Below, piece by piece: positions 10,796 through 21,839 of a DNA stretch of 64,000 nt. A program made the translations under genes and the position numbers. Source of the stretch: Paraspadella gotoi (lineage: Eukaryota > Animalia > Chaetognatha); NCBI GenBank assembly GCA_051294375.1, contig CM119264.1:8348268-8412267 (forward strand), given 5' to 3'. The first letter of the stretch is position 1. Each line of letters starts with the position of its first letter. The notes below the pieces were generated by a model. The model searched no databases, was not told where the DNA came from, and was given only the letters and a program-made list of their open reading frames with translations.

Positions 10796-11560
10796 AAGAC
10801 ACAAAGACACTGATGAGAGGGAGGTGGGAGGAGCGGAAGAAGGTAAAGAGGAGCGCACTTGTTGAGAGACATGTTTTAGGTAAAGTAAGTTTTTAAGTTT
10901 AAATTTTTAAATGTTTTAAATAAAATAAATTTGCTGTTTAATTAGAATTTGCTGTTTAATTAGAAATAAAATTTGTGTAAATACGCTGTATAAACTTTTA
11001 CTAGTTGTGATATAAAATTTGATTGCATTAGTTAGTGTTTCAAATATTTTTAGCTAGTTCACAGTTCTCTTTGTTCAATTACGATCATCAAAACCCTTTA
11101 AAAAATGCAGAAATTAGCAAAGCAAATCCTGCGTTTTTCAAAGCAATAAACTCTTAATTCTTTTTTGTGTTTTTTAATGTCCGCAGAAATTAAATTTCAA
11201 CGAACATTAAAAAACATAAAAAAGAATAAAGAGTTTATGTTGCACACTCGATTAATAGTTGAAAAAGTCGGTTGATCATTTGTTTTTTTTGGTTGAAAAC
11301 CGAAAAGAAATCGGATCGATGTTATTGAATTCAGTCTTTTCAAACAAAAGATTTTTGTAAAAAAAGAGAGGATGATATTCGTTCAAACAAAATTATCGAG
11401 GCAAATTCTCATTAATATTTAGCGATAGAGACCGAGATAGATTCATCCGATTATTTAGCGATGGAGACCGAGGCAAATTCATATGCATATCAGTGAAACT
11501 GTCATAGAACTCTCCGTACCTTTTATGACCTGTCATAGAACACTCATATTCTCATCTCTC
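10038..11560 (+). repeat. Right arm of long inverted repeat
   Basis: Inverted copy of 106-1461, with an extra ~200-bp segment (~10100-10300) that includes a partial duplication of the TM-exon start. Confidence 0.9.
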
Positions 11561-12236
11561 TTGTTTTTAAATAATTACGTAATAAAATTTTCTTTCCGCT
11601 ACAATAAGAGATAGGAATTTTTTTCTTACTTTCCCGTGCAAAGAAAAATTAATGAATATCACCATTTAAATTCCTTTGATGATAGACCCTTAAGCTTATG
11701 ATATCATTTTTATCACTGGGTCCTCTTAAGGATTGATGAACAATGTTCATCAACATCATTTGCGTTCATTGAACTACAATTCGGAAATATTTTACGTTTA
11801 CAATTAACCCCGACAGACCATGGAAAAGGTGTAATGAAAGTTATAACTTCTAACATTGTCTCATATATATTTCTTTAATGGTATAAACTCTCTCACAAAC
11901 ACTCGAACACGAAAGTTCTCAAACAGAATTTACTGCATAGTGCATACAGTGAAGTTACTAGTTCGATTAAATTTTCTTATTAATTTATTTTCTTTTTTTA
12001 AAACTTTTTCTTCGAGACAGAATGCTTGAATCGCAATCTCAGACTCTTTCTTTCTTTTTTGTCTGGTACTTTTATCAGTTTGTGAAGAAAGTTCGTCTTA
12101 AAAAAGTTACGGAAAGTGATCTAACGAAAGTACCATAGAGTTTCTTTAAAAATGTATCAGATCGCAAATTTAAGTCCAAGTCAACCACTGTCTTTAATAA
12201 GCGACTTGAAAGCTTCCCGCTTAAACTCCAGCATCG

Positions 12237-13090
12237 TCACGCCCTCCCTGTCCCGCCCCCTTCGTCGGCGAGATCGTTCTCGATACTCATCACAATGTTG
12301 GCCACGAGTTGACGCTGATCGGTGGGCGTGGATGCGAGCGGGCGCCACCCGAAGAGGCGGCGCCAACCGAATTTCGGCGCCGAGGTGGTGACGGCTTCGT
12401 CGGCGGCGTCGAACGTGATACGCGGCCAACGGGCGTCGTCAGCGGGGACGGCGCCGTCCTCAACCGTCATGGCGCCGAATATTTCCGACTGAAAGTAGAG
12501 ATTGGAGGAGAAGGGGGGGGGGAATAGCGAAAGAAGGATGACGTTTTGAAACTAGAGAGACAGAAGTAACGTTGGAGAGAACAGAGAATGGGTATTTAAT
12601 ATTCCTTGACTGTTATAATCACGGATAATTGGATCGAAATTTGAAAGTTCGAGAAGATTTCAAGCTCACCTACTTTTCAGCTGGCGTTAAACTGACTTAT
12701 GTAACAGTCGATCTCCCTTCCTTCCCAACCGACCCTCTAAAAGAAAACTTACCGAAGACGCTCCAGGTCTCCCAGGCCGACGATACTCCCGACGACGCCG
12801 ACGAAGTTGTCGGGCAAAGACGACGAGAGTGGCCGACGCGACGACGAGGAGGAGGAGGATGAGGAAGATGACGAGGGCGACGCCGGCGCCGTGGGGGGGA
12901 GTGACGCGAGGATCGGGGGAAGTGGAGGGGAAGAGGTGGGGGAGTTGGCAGATGTAGCCACATCTGGAGGGGAGGAAGGGGAATAACGGGGCACGATAAA
13001 TTAAAATAGTTTGCACACTTGTTTATTGTTTTTTTTCTCTCTTACAATGTTTTATTGAATTGAATTACATTATAAAATGACAGAGAGAAA

Positions 13091-13125
<35 letters not shown>

Positions 13126-15913
13126 GAAGGAAGGAAGGAAGGAAGGAAGGAAGGAAGGAAGGATGGATTAACTACCCCGTGTCTGTTCGCGAGTGACACC
13201 AAAAAAATGCAAACCATTCTTCATTAGATGAATATTTTTTTAAATTTTCTTCTCTCATTCTATAGCAAAGTACCTGACGTTTATTATATTTTAATTTCAT
13301 AAAATTAGTTTTATATTTACTTAGGTAAAATAACCTTTCTTTCATTAAAAAAAAGAAAATTATTATAAATTAATTTCTTATTAATTACTTAAAATAATTG
13401 AAATTCATTTATACCATTAATTGAAGCATTAACTGGGAATCCTTACGATATAAAATAATTATTCAAGACAATAAAAAACATGGTCAGGACAGCATTTTTT
13501 TCATTTGGACGAATTGTACAAAGAAAACCTAAGAATTACATATAAAAAAATAAATAAAAAATCATTACTCAAATATTTCTACACATTACTTTAATTCCGA
13601 TACGACATTCATTAGACCATGATGTAAGATTTTTATTTAATGCAATTTAGAACACGCCTAAAATGTTATTTTTTCGCCAATTTTACTGTGTTAGATAAAA
13701 AATTAAACATAGTATAATAAATGAATTAAACACGAAATGAAACTTATACATAAAAACGTTAAGTAGTTCTTCAACTAATGATATACTTATGAATTATATT
13801 TATTAAAATATTTAAAGTATAGTAAAGATTTTTTTGGTGTCACTCGCGAACGGATACGGGGTAAACTTCCATAAAAGGTGGAAGACAACTAAAAAAGGGT
13901 GAGAAACTAAAAAAGGGCGAGAAACTAAAAAAGGGTGAGAAACTAAAAAAAGGGCGAGAAACTAAAAAAGGGTGAGAAACTAAAAAAAGGCGAGAAACTA
14001 AAAAAGGGTGAGAAACTAAAAAAGGGTGAGAAACTAAAAAAAGGGTGAGAACTAACAAAAAAGGGGTGAGAAACTAAAAAGGGTGAGAAATAAAAAAGGG
14101 TGAGAAACTAAAAAAGGTGGGAAACAAAAAAGGGAAAACTAAAAAAGGGTGAGAAACTAAAAAAAGGGTGAGAAACTAAAAAAGGGTGAGAAACTAAAAA
14201 AGGGTGAGAAACTAAAAAAAGGGTGAGAAACTAAAAAAGGTGAGAAACTAAAAAGGGTGAGAAACTACAAAAAGGTGAGAAACTAAAAAAGGGTGAGAAA
14301 CTAAAAAAGGGTGAGAACTAAAAAGGGTGAGAAACTAAAAAGGTGGAAAAAAAAAGGGTGAGAACTAAAAAAAGGGTGAGAAACTAAAAAGGGTGAGAAA
14401 CTAAAAAAGGGTGAGAAAATAAAAAAGGGTGAGAAACTAAAAAGGGTAGAAACTAAAAAGGGTGAGAAACTAAAAAAGGGTGAGAAACTAAAAAAAGGGT
14501 GAGAAACTAAAAAAGGGTGAGAAACTAAAAAAGGGTGGATAAAAAGGAAACTAAAAACAGAGAAAAAACTCTCTTGACGAAAAACGAAAAACAAAAACGA
14601 AAAACGAAAAACGAAAACGAAAAACGAAAAACGAAAAACGAAAAACGAAAAACGAAAAACGAAAACGAAACTCGAACTTTGAGTTGTTCCTTCTTTTTAC
14701 CATTTTTCACCGAATTCTTGTTTGATTCTTTATTCAGACAGACAGACGCGGACAGACATACCGACGGACCATATCCCCCTTCACGTACCTGTAAGAGCAT
14801 GGGTTGTCGTGCCACTTGTGCTGAAATCGAACGGCGTGACCCAGGAAGAGACAATCCTGGTTTTCGCCCTCCTTCTCAGGCTGGCCCGAGTCCCAGTAAG
14901 TGTAGTCGAAGGGAGTTGACGAAACGTTCGGAGCGTCGCCAGCTCCATCTTTGAGCTTCAGGGGAAAAACCGGCACCCGTCCAAAAGTCGGTGGTGCTTA
15001 AAGGTAGAGAGTGTGAAACGACGTTTCTTGATCATTGTTTAATAGTTATCATCTGGTACTTATGATTGTTTATCAAATTTTTTTTTTTTAAATATTGTCC
15101 GACTATGACTTTGGATAAGTGAAGCTCAAGTCTCTCTACGAAGAAAGAGTGGATTCATAGATCGGTGCCCGACGTGATATGAAGGAAGTCCGGGGATCCA
15201 AAGAAATAAGGGAGGGAGAAGGAGGAGGAAGAGGAGGAAGAGGAAAAGAGGCAGCTCCCGGATCGACGACGATGATAACGACGAGGTGACGACGAAAACA
15301 GACGACAACTGACGACGATCGAGTTGAAGTTGAACGACGATTGACGAGTTGAAGACGAAGATATACGAAGACTCTTCGTCTTACTGTGACATAACAAGTA
15401 GACTAAATATTGAAAAGTGTTTTAGAATAATACTACGTAAATACAATAGATAAAGTCTTAGTAAGGTAAAGTTAAACAAATTAATGTTGTGATTAATACG
15501 AAAGTCTTCATCGGATTTAGAAGTTAGTTAGTATCTACAGGGCTGTCATCGCGATCTTCCGACACTCACCCGAGCTCGTACTGTCCGATAAGCTTCTGCA
15601 CGAACATCTGCACGTCCTCATTTACGATGAATACGAGGTCAGCTCCGAAATCCTCACACGCCCCCCTCGCTTCCCCCCACGTCTTCAGATCCTCTTTATC
15701 GTTCGACCAAAAGACAAAGTAGCAAGAGTTCGTTTCGGGGCTTCGGTCCCAGCCGTGTGGGCACGGCCGGAGCGGCTCAGAGTCTGCCGTTGAGGCTGGA
15801 GAGTCTGTCATGGATGGAAGAGAGGGTGGAGCTGTCGTGGACGACGACGACGACGACGACGATAAGGTCGAAATCACGAAAACAGCCCAGAGTTTCGCGT
15901 TCGCCGAATTCAT
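12237..15913 (-). CDS. Type I transmembrane C-type lectin (signal peptide, S/T linker, one CTLD, TM, cytoplasmic tail), ~337 aa, one frameshift in exon 2
   Basis: Exon 15913-15570: CPHGW..SCY..TWGEARGAC..GADLVFI. Exon 14996-14789: FWTG..WSW / YTYWDSGQPE..DC..WHDNPC (208 nt, one base too many). Exon 12963-12753: GYICQ, TM VALVIFLILLLLVVASATLVVFA, RRRRR. Last exon 12488-12237. Confidence 0.85.
13090..13162. repeat. (AAAG)n(AAGG)n compound microsatellite
   Basis: Directly visible. Confidence 0.95.
13175..13861. mobile_element. MITE with ~34-bp TIRs and TA target duplication (Tc1/mariner-type), in lectin intron 2
   Basis: TA|CCCCGTGTCTGTTCGCGAGTGACACCAAAAAAAT ... ATTTTTTTGGTGTCACTCGCGAACGGATACGGGG|TA (2 mismatches), with a non-coding AT-rich interior. 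Confidence 0.9.
13887..14536. repeat. ~18-19-bp minisatellite AAACTAAAAAAGGGTGAG, roughly 35 copies
   Basis: Tandem units with variable A-run length and no unique spacers. Confidence 0.95.
14578..14670. repeat. (AAAAACG)n tandem repeat
   Basis: Directly visible 6-7-bp units. Confidence 0.9.
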
Positions 15914-16099
15914 TTTTTGAAAACGAAATTAGATTCGGATTTGTTTTTAATTTTGATATGAATTGGGATTTTATCGGATTTCTGGTTATAAATTTTTTAA
16001 TTTTCCATTTTTTCTCTCTTACTTTAGTTTTTTTTGGGTTTCGTAAAGAGAAATATAGTTTCAGTCGCAGGAAAAAGGCCGCGCTGGTGTGTGTTTTGA

Positions 16100-16102
<3 letters not shown>

Positions 16103-16169
<67 letters not shown>

Positions 16170-16232
16170 AGAGAGAGAGAGAGATGTGGCTTGTCGATGA
16201 CGCGGACCTGCGCTGCCACGAAAACTTGTTGA

Positions 16233-16302
<70 letters not shown>

Positions 16303-16317
16303 GAGAGAGAAGAGAGA
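16103..16317. repeat. Two (AG)n tracts upstream of the lectin gene; one example of many AG/CT tracts (also ~32576, 33075, 34979, 36254, 36652, 37672, 41835, 48375, 50224, 54742, 62640)
   Basis: Directly visible. Confidence 0.95.
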
Positions 16318-17641
16318 TTGAGCCGCTGGAATCGAAGGAGAGTGAGTTATTGTGATACGAAATAAAGAATAAAGAAAGTGAGTGAACGAAAAAGAGGTTA
16401 ATACAGGATTAGTGATGAGCTTTTCTCAGAGAAAAGAGAAAGAGAGACATTCTTTTTCAACTGATATCAGTGAAGCTGACTAAACACTGTAAGCAAATAG
16501 ACCTGAATAAACAGAAAGTATAGATTTGGCTATTTCTTTGTCGTTATCTTTTTAGTCTTCGCTGCTCGACGCGCAACTGGTTTCTGGCTTCATGATTGGA
16601 GAATTGAATTTTTTTAATGAACGTGATTGGTCGTTTTAACATTTCGATCGAAAGGAATTTTAAAAGATTCTTTCCCTTTTTTGGAACTTTTTGTCAAACG
16701 TTTATTTCTCCAGTATGAAATATAGTTATTTCAAAATTTTTGTTACTGGAAAATTATTTAAATTTTTTTTAATTTGTTTGAGAAATTTTCCTATTTTCTT
16801 ATTTTCTAAAATTTTTAAAGATATTAAATATTTAATTGGTTTTTTTAAAATACCTAAATATTTACAGCCTTGGATAAATTCGCAGGGTTTTTTCTGAGTA
16901 ATAAATTATCTTTTTAGTTAATTAATTAATTCATCGCTTCATTTACTTATTTCCTTTCAGTCCTTCATTCTACAGTGGGGAGAGTAGAATCTTCAGCCAT
17001 CACGGATCACCAACGAATCTATCTGTCCTTAACTTAATCTGCTCTTTGCTCAAAGCATTAAGCTTAAAACTCTCTCTCTACCTCTCTTTTCTTTTCCTCA
17101 ACGCTCTCTCGAGGCAGCCGCGTTTTTTTTATTTAGAACAAACAAAGTTTAGTTATTAAATGAATAAATAATTTTTAATATTGGTTGTACCAATTTAACG
17201 TTTGCAAAGTTAAACAGTTTTTCTTATGAATTTAAAAAAAAATATACAATTGTAAATGAAAAAAAAAGAAAACGTTGCCACCAAAACTAAACAAGAATGG
17301 AGACTGCATAACAAAAAAAAAAAAAAAAAACTGATGAAGGGATAGAATAAATTATTGGTTGATCGTGAAGAGGGGGTGAGGTGTTATTGGATTTTAATGC
17401 AAATCTTGGGTACGATCAAAAACACTTTCCGCTCTTGGAGCTTTCATCGTGTTAAAAGCATTTCGTTCTACACAGTACCATTTAATTATATTTCTTATAA
17501 CCTATTTTCGCTCCTACGTTGACAAAGATTCTGTTATTAGAGTTTAGTTGCTCTTTATCCACTCCCCCCGCATTAAAATGATAAAATACAAAAATAAAAA
17601 AATTAAAATTAAAATTTAGAAAAAGTATAAAACACGATTTG

Positions 17642-17846
17642 AGAAACATCGAAAGGATGTCGCGGTCATCAAGGTAAATAATAAACATCGAAATAAGTAA
17701 ATAATAAATAAATAAATAAATAAATAAATAATAAACATCGAAAGGATGTCTCGGTTATGGAGGTAAATAATAAAAATCGAAATAAATAAATAATAAATAA
17801 ATAAATAATAAACATCGAAAGGATGTCGCGGTCATCGAGGTAAATA
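17642..17846. repeat. Three-copy tandem repeat AAACATCGAAAGGATGTCGCGGTCATCRAGGTAAATAA separated by (TAAA)n
   Basis: Units at ~17643, 17732 and 17809. Confidence 0.85.
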
Positions 17847-19550
17847 AACTCGAAAAAGATACATCATTAGTTAGGTGAGCTAATTAATCAACTTCAAAAG
17901 CTAAAATCCGTAATATTGTTCAGCTCGAGTCCGTCCTCCGACGTGAGCTCCGTCTCCAGTGGCGAGGTCAACGTTCACTACACTCCCGAAGCTTACGGAT
18001 TACGGCTTACGGGCCCGCGGGTCAATATGGGCGTGGCGTCTGGCGTTCGGATCGAGAATCGGGAAAAAGAAAACCGGAAACGACGTCACGAGGATCGTGA
18101 TCGGACGGGAAAGGGGAGAAGCGACACGGAGAACGGAAGGGAAAGAAATTATTCGCGGTAGGATAGGTTTTTATTGTTTGTTTTGTTTTTTTGTTTTCTC
18201 AATTTTTATTTTTTTTGATCAAGGGAAATAAAACAAAGTAATTTAGTAAAACTTAACTACTTAACTACTTAGTAGTTACTGATAATAACTCTGCAGTTAT
18301 TTTGTATCGGTTTTTTAAGTTGGAATTTTTAAACGAGGGTTTCCGCTCAATCAATCATTTCTTTTAATTTACTTGACTTGACTTGAAAGGCATTCGTCCT
18401 GCGCTCTCAAAGCTGAATGCTCTTTTTTCCGTCTAGTCGTCCAGTTGGCCGTGAAGAACGAAGTCCCTCTAGAAGCCAGAGACCTCAGACGGCAAACGCC
18501 GTTAACCTCAACAAAAGACAATTGATGTACAAAAATACAGGTGTTCGAAAGAATGCCATATATGTATGCCATATGCTTGATGCTTAATTCACGATCTATC
18601 TACTGACTTCTTCTCAATGGGACATTGTAAATGCAACCGATTTTGCCTGAATTACTTAACGATGATTGTGGTGGCTGAGGTTCCTGCTGTAGTATTTCAC
18701 TTTTATCAAAAGTTTGAAGGACCTATCTTTCACTTGATATTCACAGTTTCTATCCCCCCCTTCCCCAGTATCCTCCTCCCCTCGACTTTCAGACAAAAAC
18801 TTTTCGGCAGACAAAAAAAAAGCGCGAAACATCAACGCGGAAGAGGGCGGGGGTAATCCTCATCTGCAATTGCACGAGAAGAACGACCCACATCTGCAAC
18901 TAACTTTATGGCGGTAAGAGAAGCGAGGTTTTTAACTTATGGGGGGAAACATGAAAGATTTGGCAGTACACAAACCACAGGACTCTTTGCGCAGTATTTA
19001 CACGTATTACTATAGTCATGGTGCAAAAAAAAAAAGAAAAAAAAAAAAAAAAAAAAAAAAAACGCGCCACTTTATTTCAGCAATTAAAATCACCCTGTGT
19101 ACTTTAATTTTTTTTAGGATAGCTGGACAACTGGATTGACCCAGATTCTTAAAACAAATTTAAAATTATTTAAATATATGATAAATGACAGGTTCATGAT
19201 TCTAAAAAAATCAAATAAAAAAATCATATCTCTTAAACCACTTAACAAACCAATTGTGATAAAATTTATACACATTGTTTTTTTTTAATTATATTTTATA
19301 TAATTTTTTAAAATATTTTTATAGAGTGTCAGGAATTTAAAATTATTAAGTTTTTTTTTTTGCACATGAGTGCAAAACCATAAATTTGGCTTGACAAAAC
19401 CAGAAATTGGGCACCCTAAAATCCAGATTTGGCTGGATTAAACCCCAAGGATAAAATAAAAATGGATAGAGAAATTAAAATGTAACTTAAAATAAATATG
19501 ATAAAATTAGTGTAATAAAAGATGGACTAAAATCCACCAACCGTTCATCA

Positions 19551-19710
19551 GCGGCCATTGGTGCCGGAGGCAAGTCATTCGCCTCCCAACCCAAAGGTCC
19601 GGGGTTCTAGCCCGGTGGTCGTCTGGCAGTTAAGAGGGACGGGGCGCTTAACCCGCCTGTAACATGGTGTTACAGCCTGATCCGAAGCTCAGGGACTGCT
19701 TATATTGAAC
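19551..19710 (+). mobile_element. tRNA-derived SINE-like sequence
   Basis: 19551-19623 has A-box-like TGGTGCCGGAGG, B-box-like GGTTCTAGCCC, a pairing acceptor stem and a CCGGG/CCCGG T-stem, but a non-pairing anticodon stem. 3' boundary approximate. Confidence 0.55.
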
Positions 19711-19772
19711 GGTTCTGTCATTAACATATATCAATAATCACTGTCTCTTCAAACTTTTGTTATGTGAAAAAA

Positions 19773-21753
19773 GGTCGAGGCGGTCACGGCGGTGGAGGTC
19801 ATCATGGTGGTCATAGGGGTGGTGATCACGGCGGGCATCCACGCGGAGATCAAATGGCGGGCATCACTGGCGGTGATCATGAGCGGACACCATGGCGTGA
19901 TCACGGCGGGCATCACGGCGGAGATCACGGCGGACACCATGGTGGTGATCACGGCGGTGATCACGGCGGGGCATCCACGGCGGAGATCACGGCGGGCATC
20001 ATGGCGGTGATCACGGCGGGCATCACGGCGGTGAGGGCGGAGGACACGGCGGTGATCATGGCAGTCACCTAGGGGTGTGATCACAGCGGCGGACACCATG
20101 GCGGGGATCATGGCACTCACCTAGGGACTGATAACGGTGGACATGGGGGTGATCACGGCAGTTTACCTTGTGGCTAGCCATGGTGGACATCACGGCGGTG
20201 ATCACGGCAGTCACCTTGGGGCTAGTCATGGTGGACATCACGGCGGTGATCACGGCAGTTACCTTGGGGGTAGCCATGGTGGACCTCACGGCGGTGAGCA
20301 TGGCGGTGATCACAGCGGACATCATGGCGGTGAGCACGGCGGACATCATGGCGGTGAGCACGGCGGACATCATGGCGGTGAGCACGGCAGTCCTCACCAC
20401 AATAACGGAGGACACCATGGAGGACATCACGGTGGTCATGACGGACGAAATGGCCGCGCGTATGGCAGCGAGGATGAGAAGGACGTTCCTCACTTAAATC
20501 TGTTCGGTTTTCACAAAGCAGACGATGGCGGCGGCGACGACGAGGACGCTCCTCACCTGAATCTAGGCGGAAGCAAGAGGGGAAGCAATGAGGGAGACGG
20601 ACGTGGCAAGCGTGACAGAAAACGCAAAGACAAAAAGAAAGATGACTACGGGGAAAAACACGAAGGCACGGTCATCGAAGAGACGTATGTTGAACAAGTC
20701 GACCAGCAGGGAGACGAGAGCAACTTAGGAAAACACGGGGGGAAACATAAGAGCAAGCATGGCGGAAAACACGGCGGCAAACACGGCGGAAAGGGTAAAG
20801 GAAGCGGGCATGAGAGCAGCAGAAAAGGCAGGGGCCATGGCTACGGTTCCAGTGACGACTCTGACGACGACGATCGACGTCATCGTCGAAAACATCGTCG
20901 TCATAAGCATCGCCGGTGCAAATGCCGCAAACGAAACTCTTGCGACTGCAAAAAATCAAAATGCTGCGACTGTGACAAACCCAGGTGTTGCGGCGGGGGT
21001 TGCGGCGGTGGAGGGGGTTGCGGCGGTGGAGGGGGTTGCTCTGGCGGCGGCGGATGCTGCGGCGGTGGTGGTGGATGCTGCGGCGGTGGTGGTGGATGCT
21101 GCGGCGGCGGAGGATGCGGCTGTATCGTTCGCGGGCCGGCAGGGCATCCAGGCTGCTGCACCTGCGACGCGGAAATACTGCTGCCGCCGCCAGAAAGGAA
21201 TTTCTATGGCGACGGGTATGGCTTCGTTTACGAAGACGAAGGGATGTTCTACCAGGACGCTGGTTTCGGCGGGGCGTTCCGCGGATGCCGATGCGCAAAT
21301 CGGTCTGCGATTGGGGTTTTGTCATGAGAGACATTGATTAGGGAAGGCGTGGGCTCGACGGTTTTTGGATGAGAAAAAAAAAACATCTTACATATTAACA
21401 ATAATATTCCTTATTATTTTTTAAGGAATTCATATGTACAATAAGTCTATCTTTAATGAGAAATATATAAGAAGTTTAAACTCCGAATTTTTAAGCGTCC
21501 TTCTTTCAGCCCAATTCTCTTAGACTTACATAAAAATAGTAACATTTTAAAATTTTTTTTAACGTGAGAGAAGGTAACGATTATTAAATTGTCGATCAAT
21601 GTCTCGCCTTAACATTTTTTGATCTCGATAAAACCGTAGAGCCACCTATTTTAAAACTAAATATCACTTACGTAAGTTCTTTGAATTGCTAATGGATACA
21701 AGTACAAATATTAAATATTTAATATTTGTAATATTTGTAATCTATGTAAATCA

Positions 21754-21839
<86 letters not shown>

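Larger units (their letters stand above)
106..11560. mobile_element. Putative ~11.5-kb non-autonomous, cargo-carrying DNA element with long terminal inverted repeats (termini Sola2-like)
   Basis: 106-1461 is an inverted, diverged copy of 10038-11560. Homology stops at GAGAGATGAGAATATGAG (106) and CTCATATTCTCATCTCTC (11560). TTGT flanks both ends (102-105, 11561-11564). No transposase seen inside. Confidence 0.5.

Noticed and set aside
106-11560. Autonomous Maverick/Polinton or identifiable endogenous virus
   Set aside because: No polB, integrase, ATPase, protease or capsid seen; no 6-bp TSD.
13887-14536. CRISPR-like array
   Set aside because: Contiguous tandem units with no unique spacers, no cas genes, eukaryotic intron context.
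19551-19623. Functional tRNA-Gly(CCC)
   Set aside because: Anticodon stem does not pair and the T-loop is aberrant; better explained as a SINE head.
21130-21155. Collagen domain (GPAGHPG)
   Set aside because: Only two Gly-X-Y triplets.
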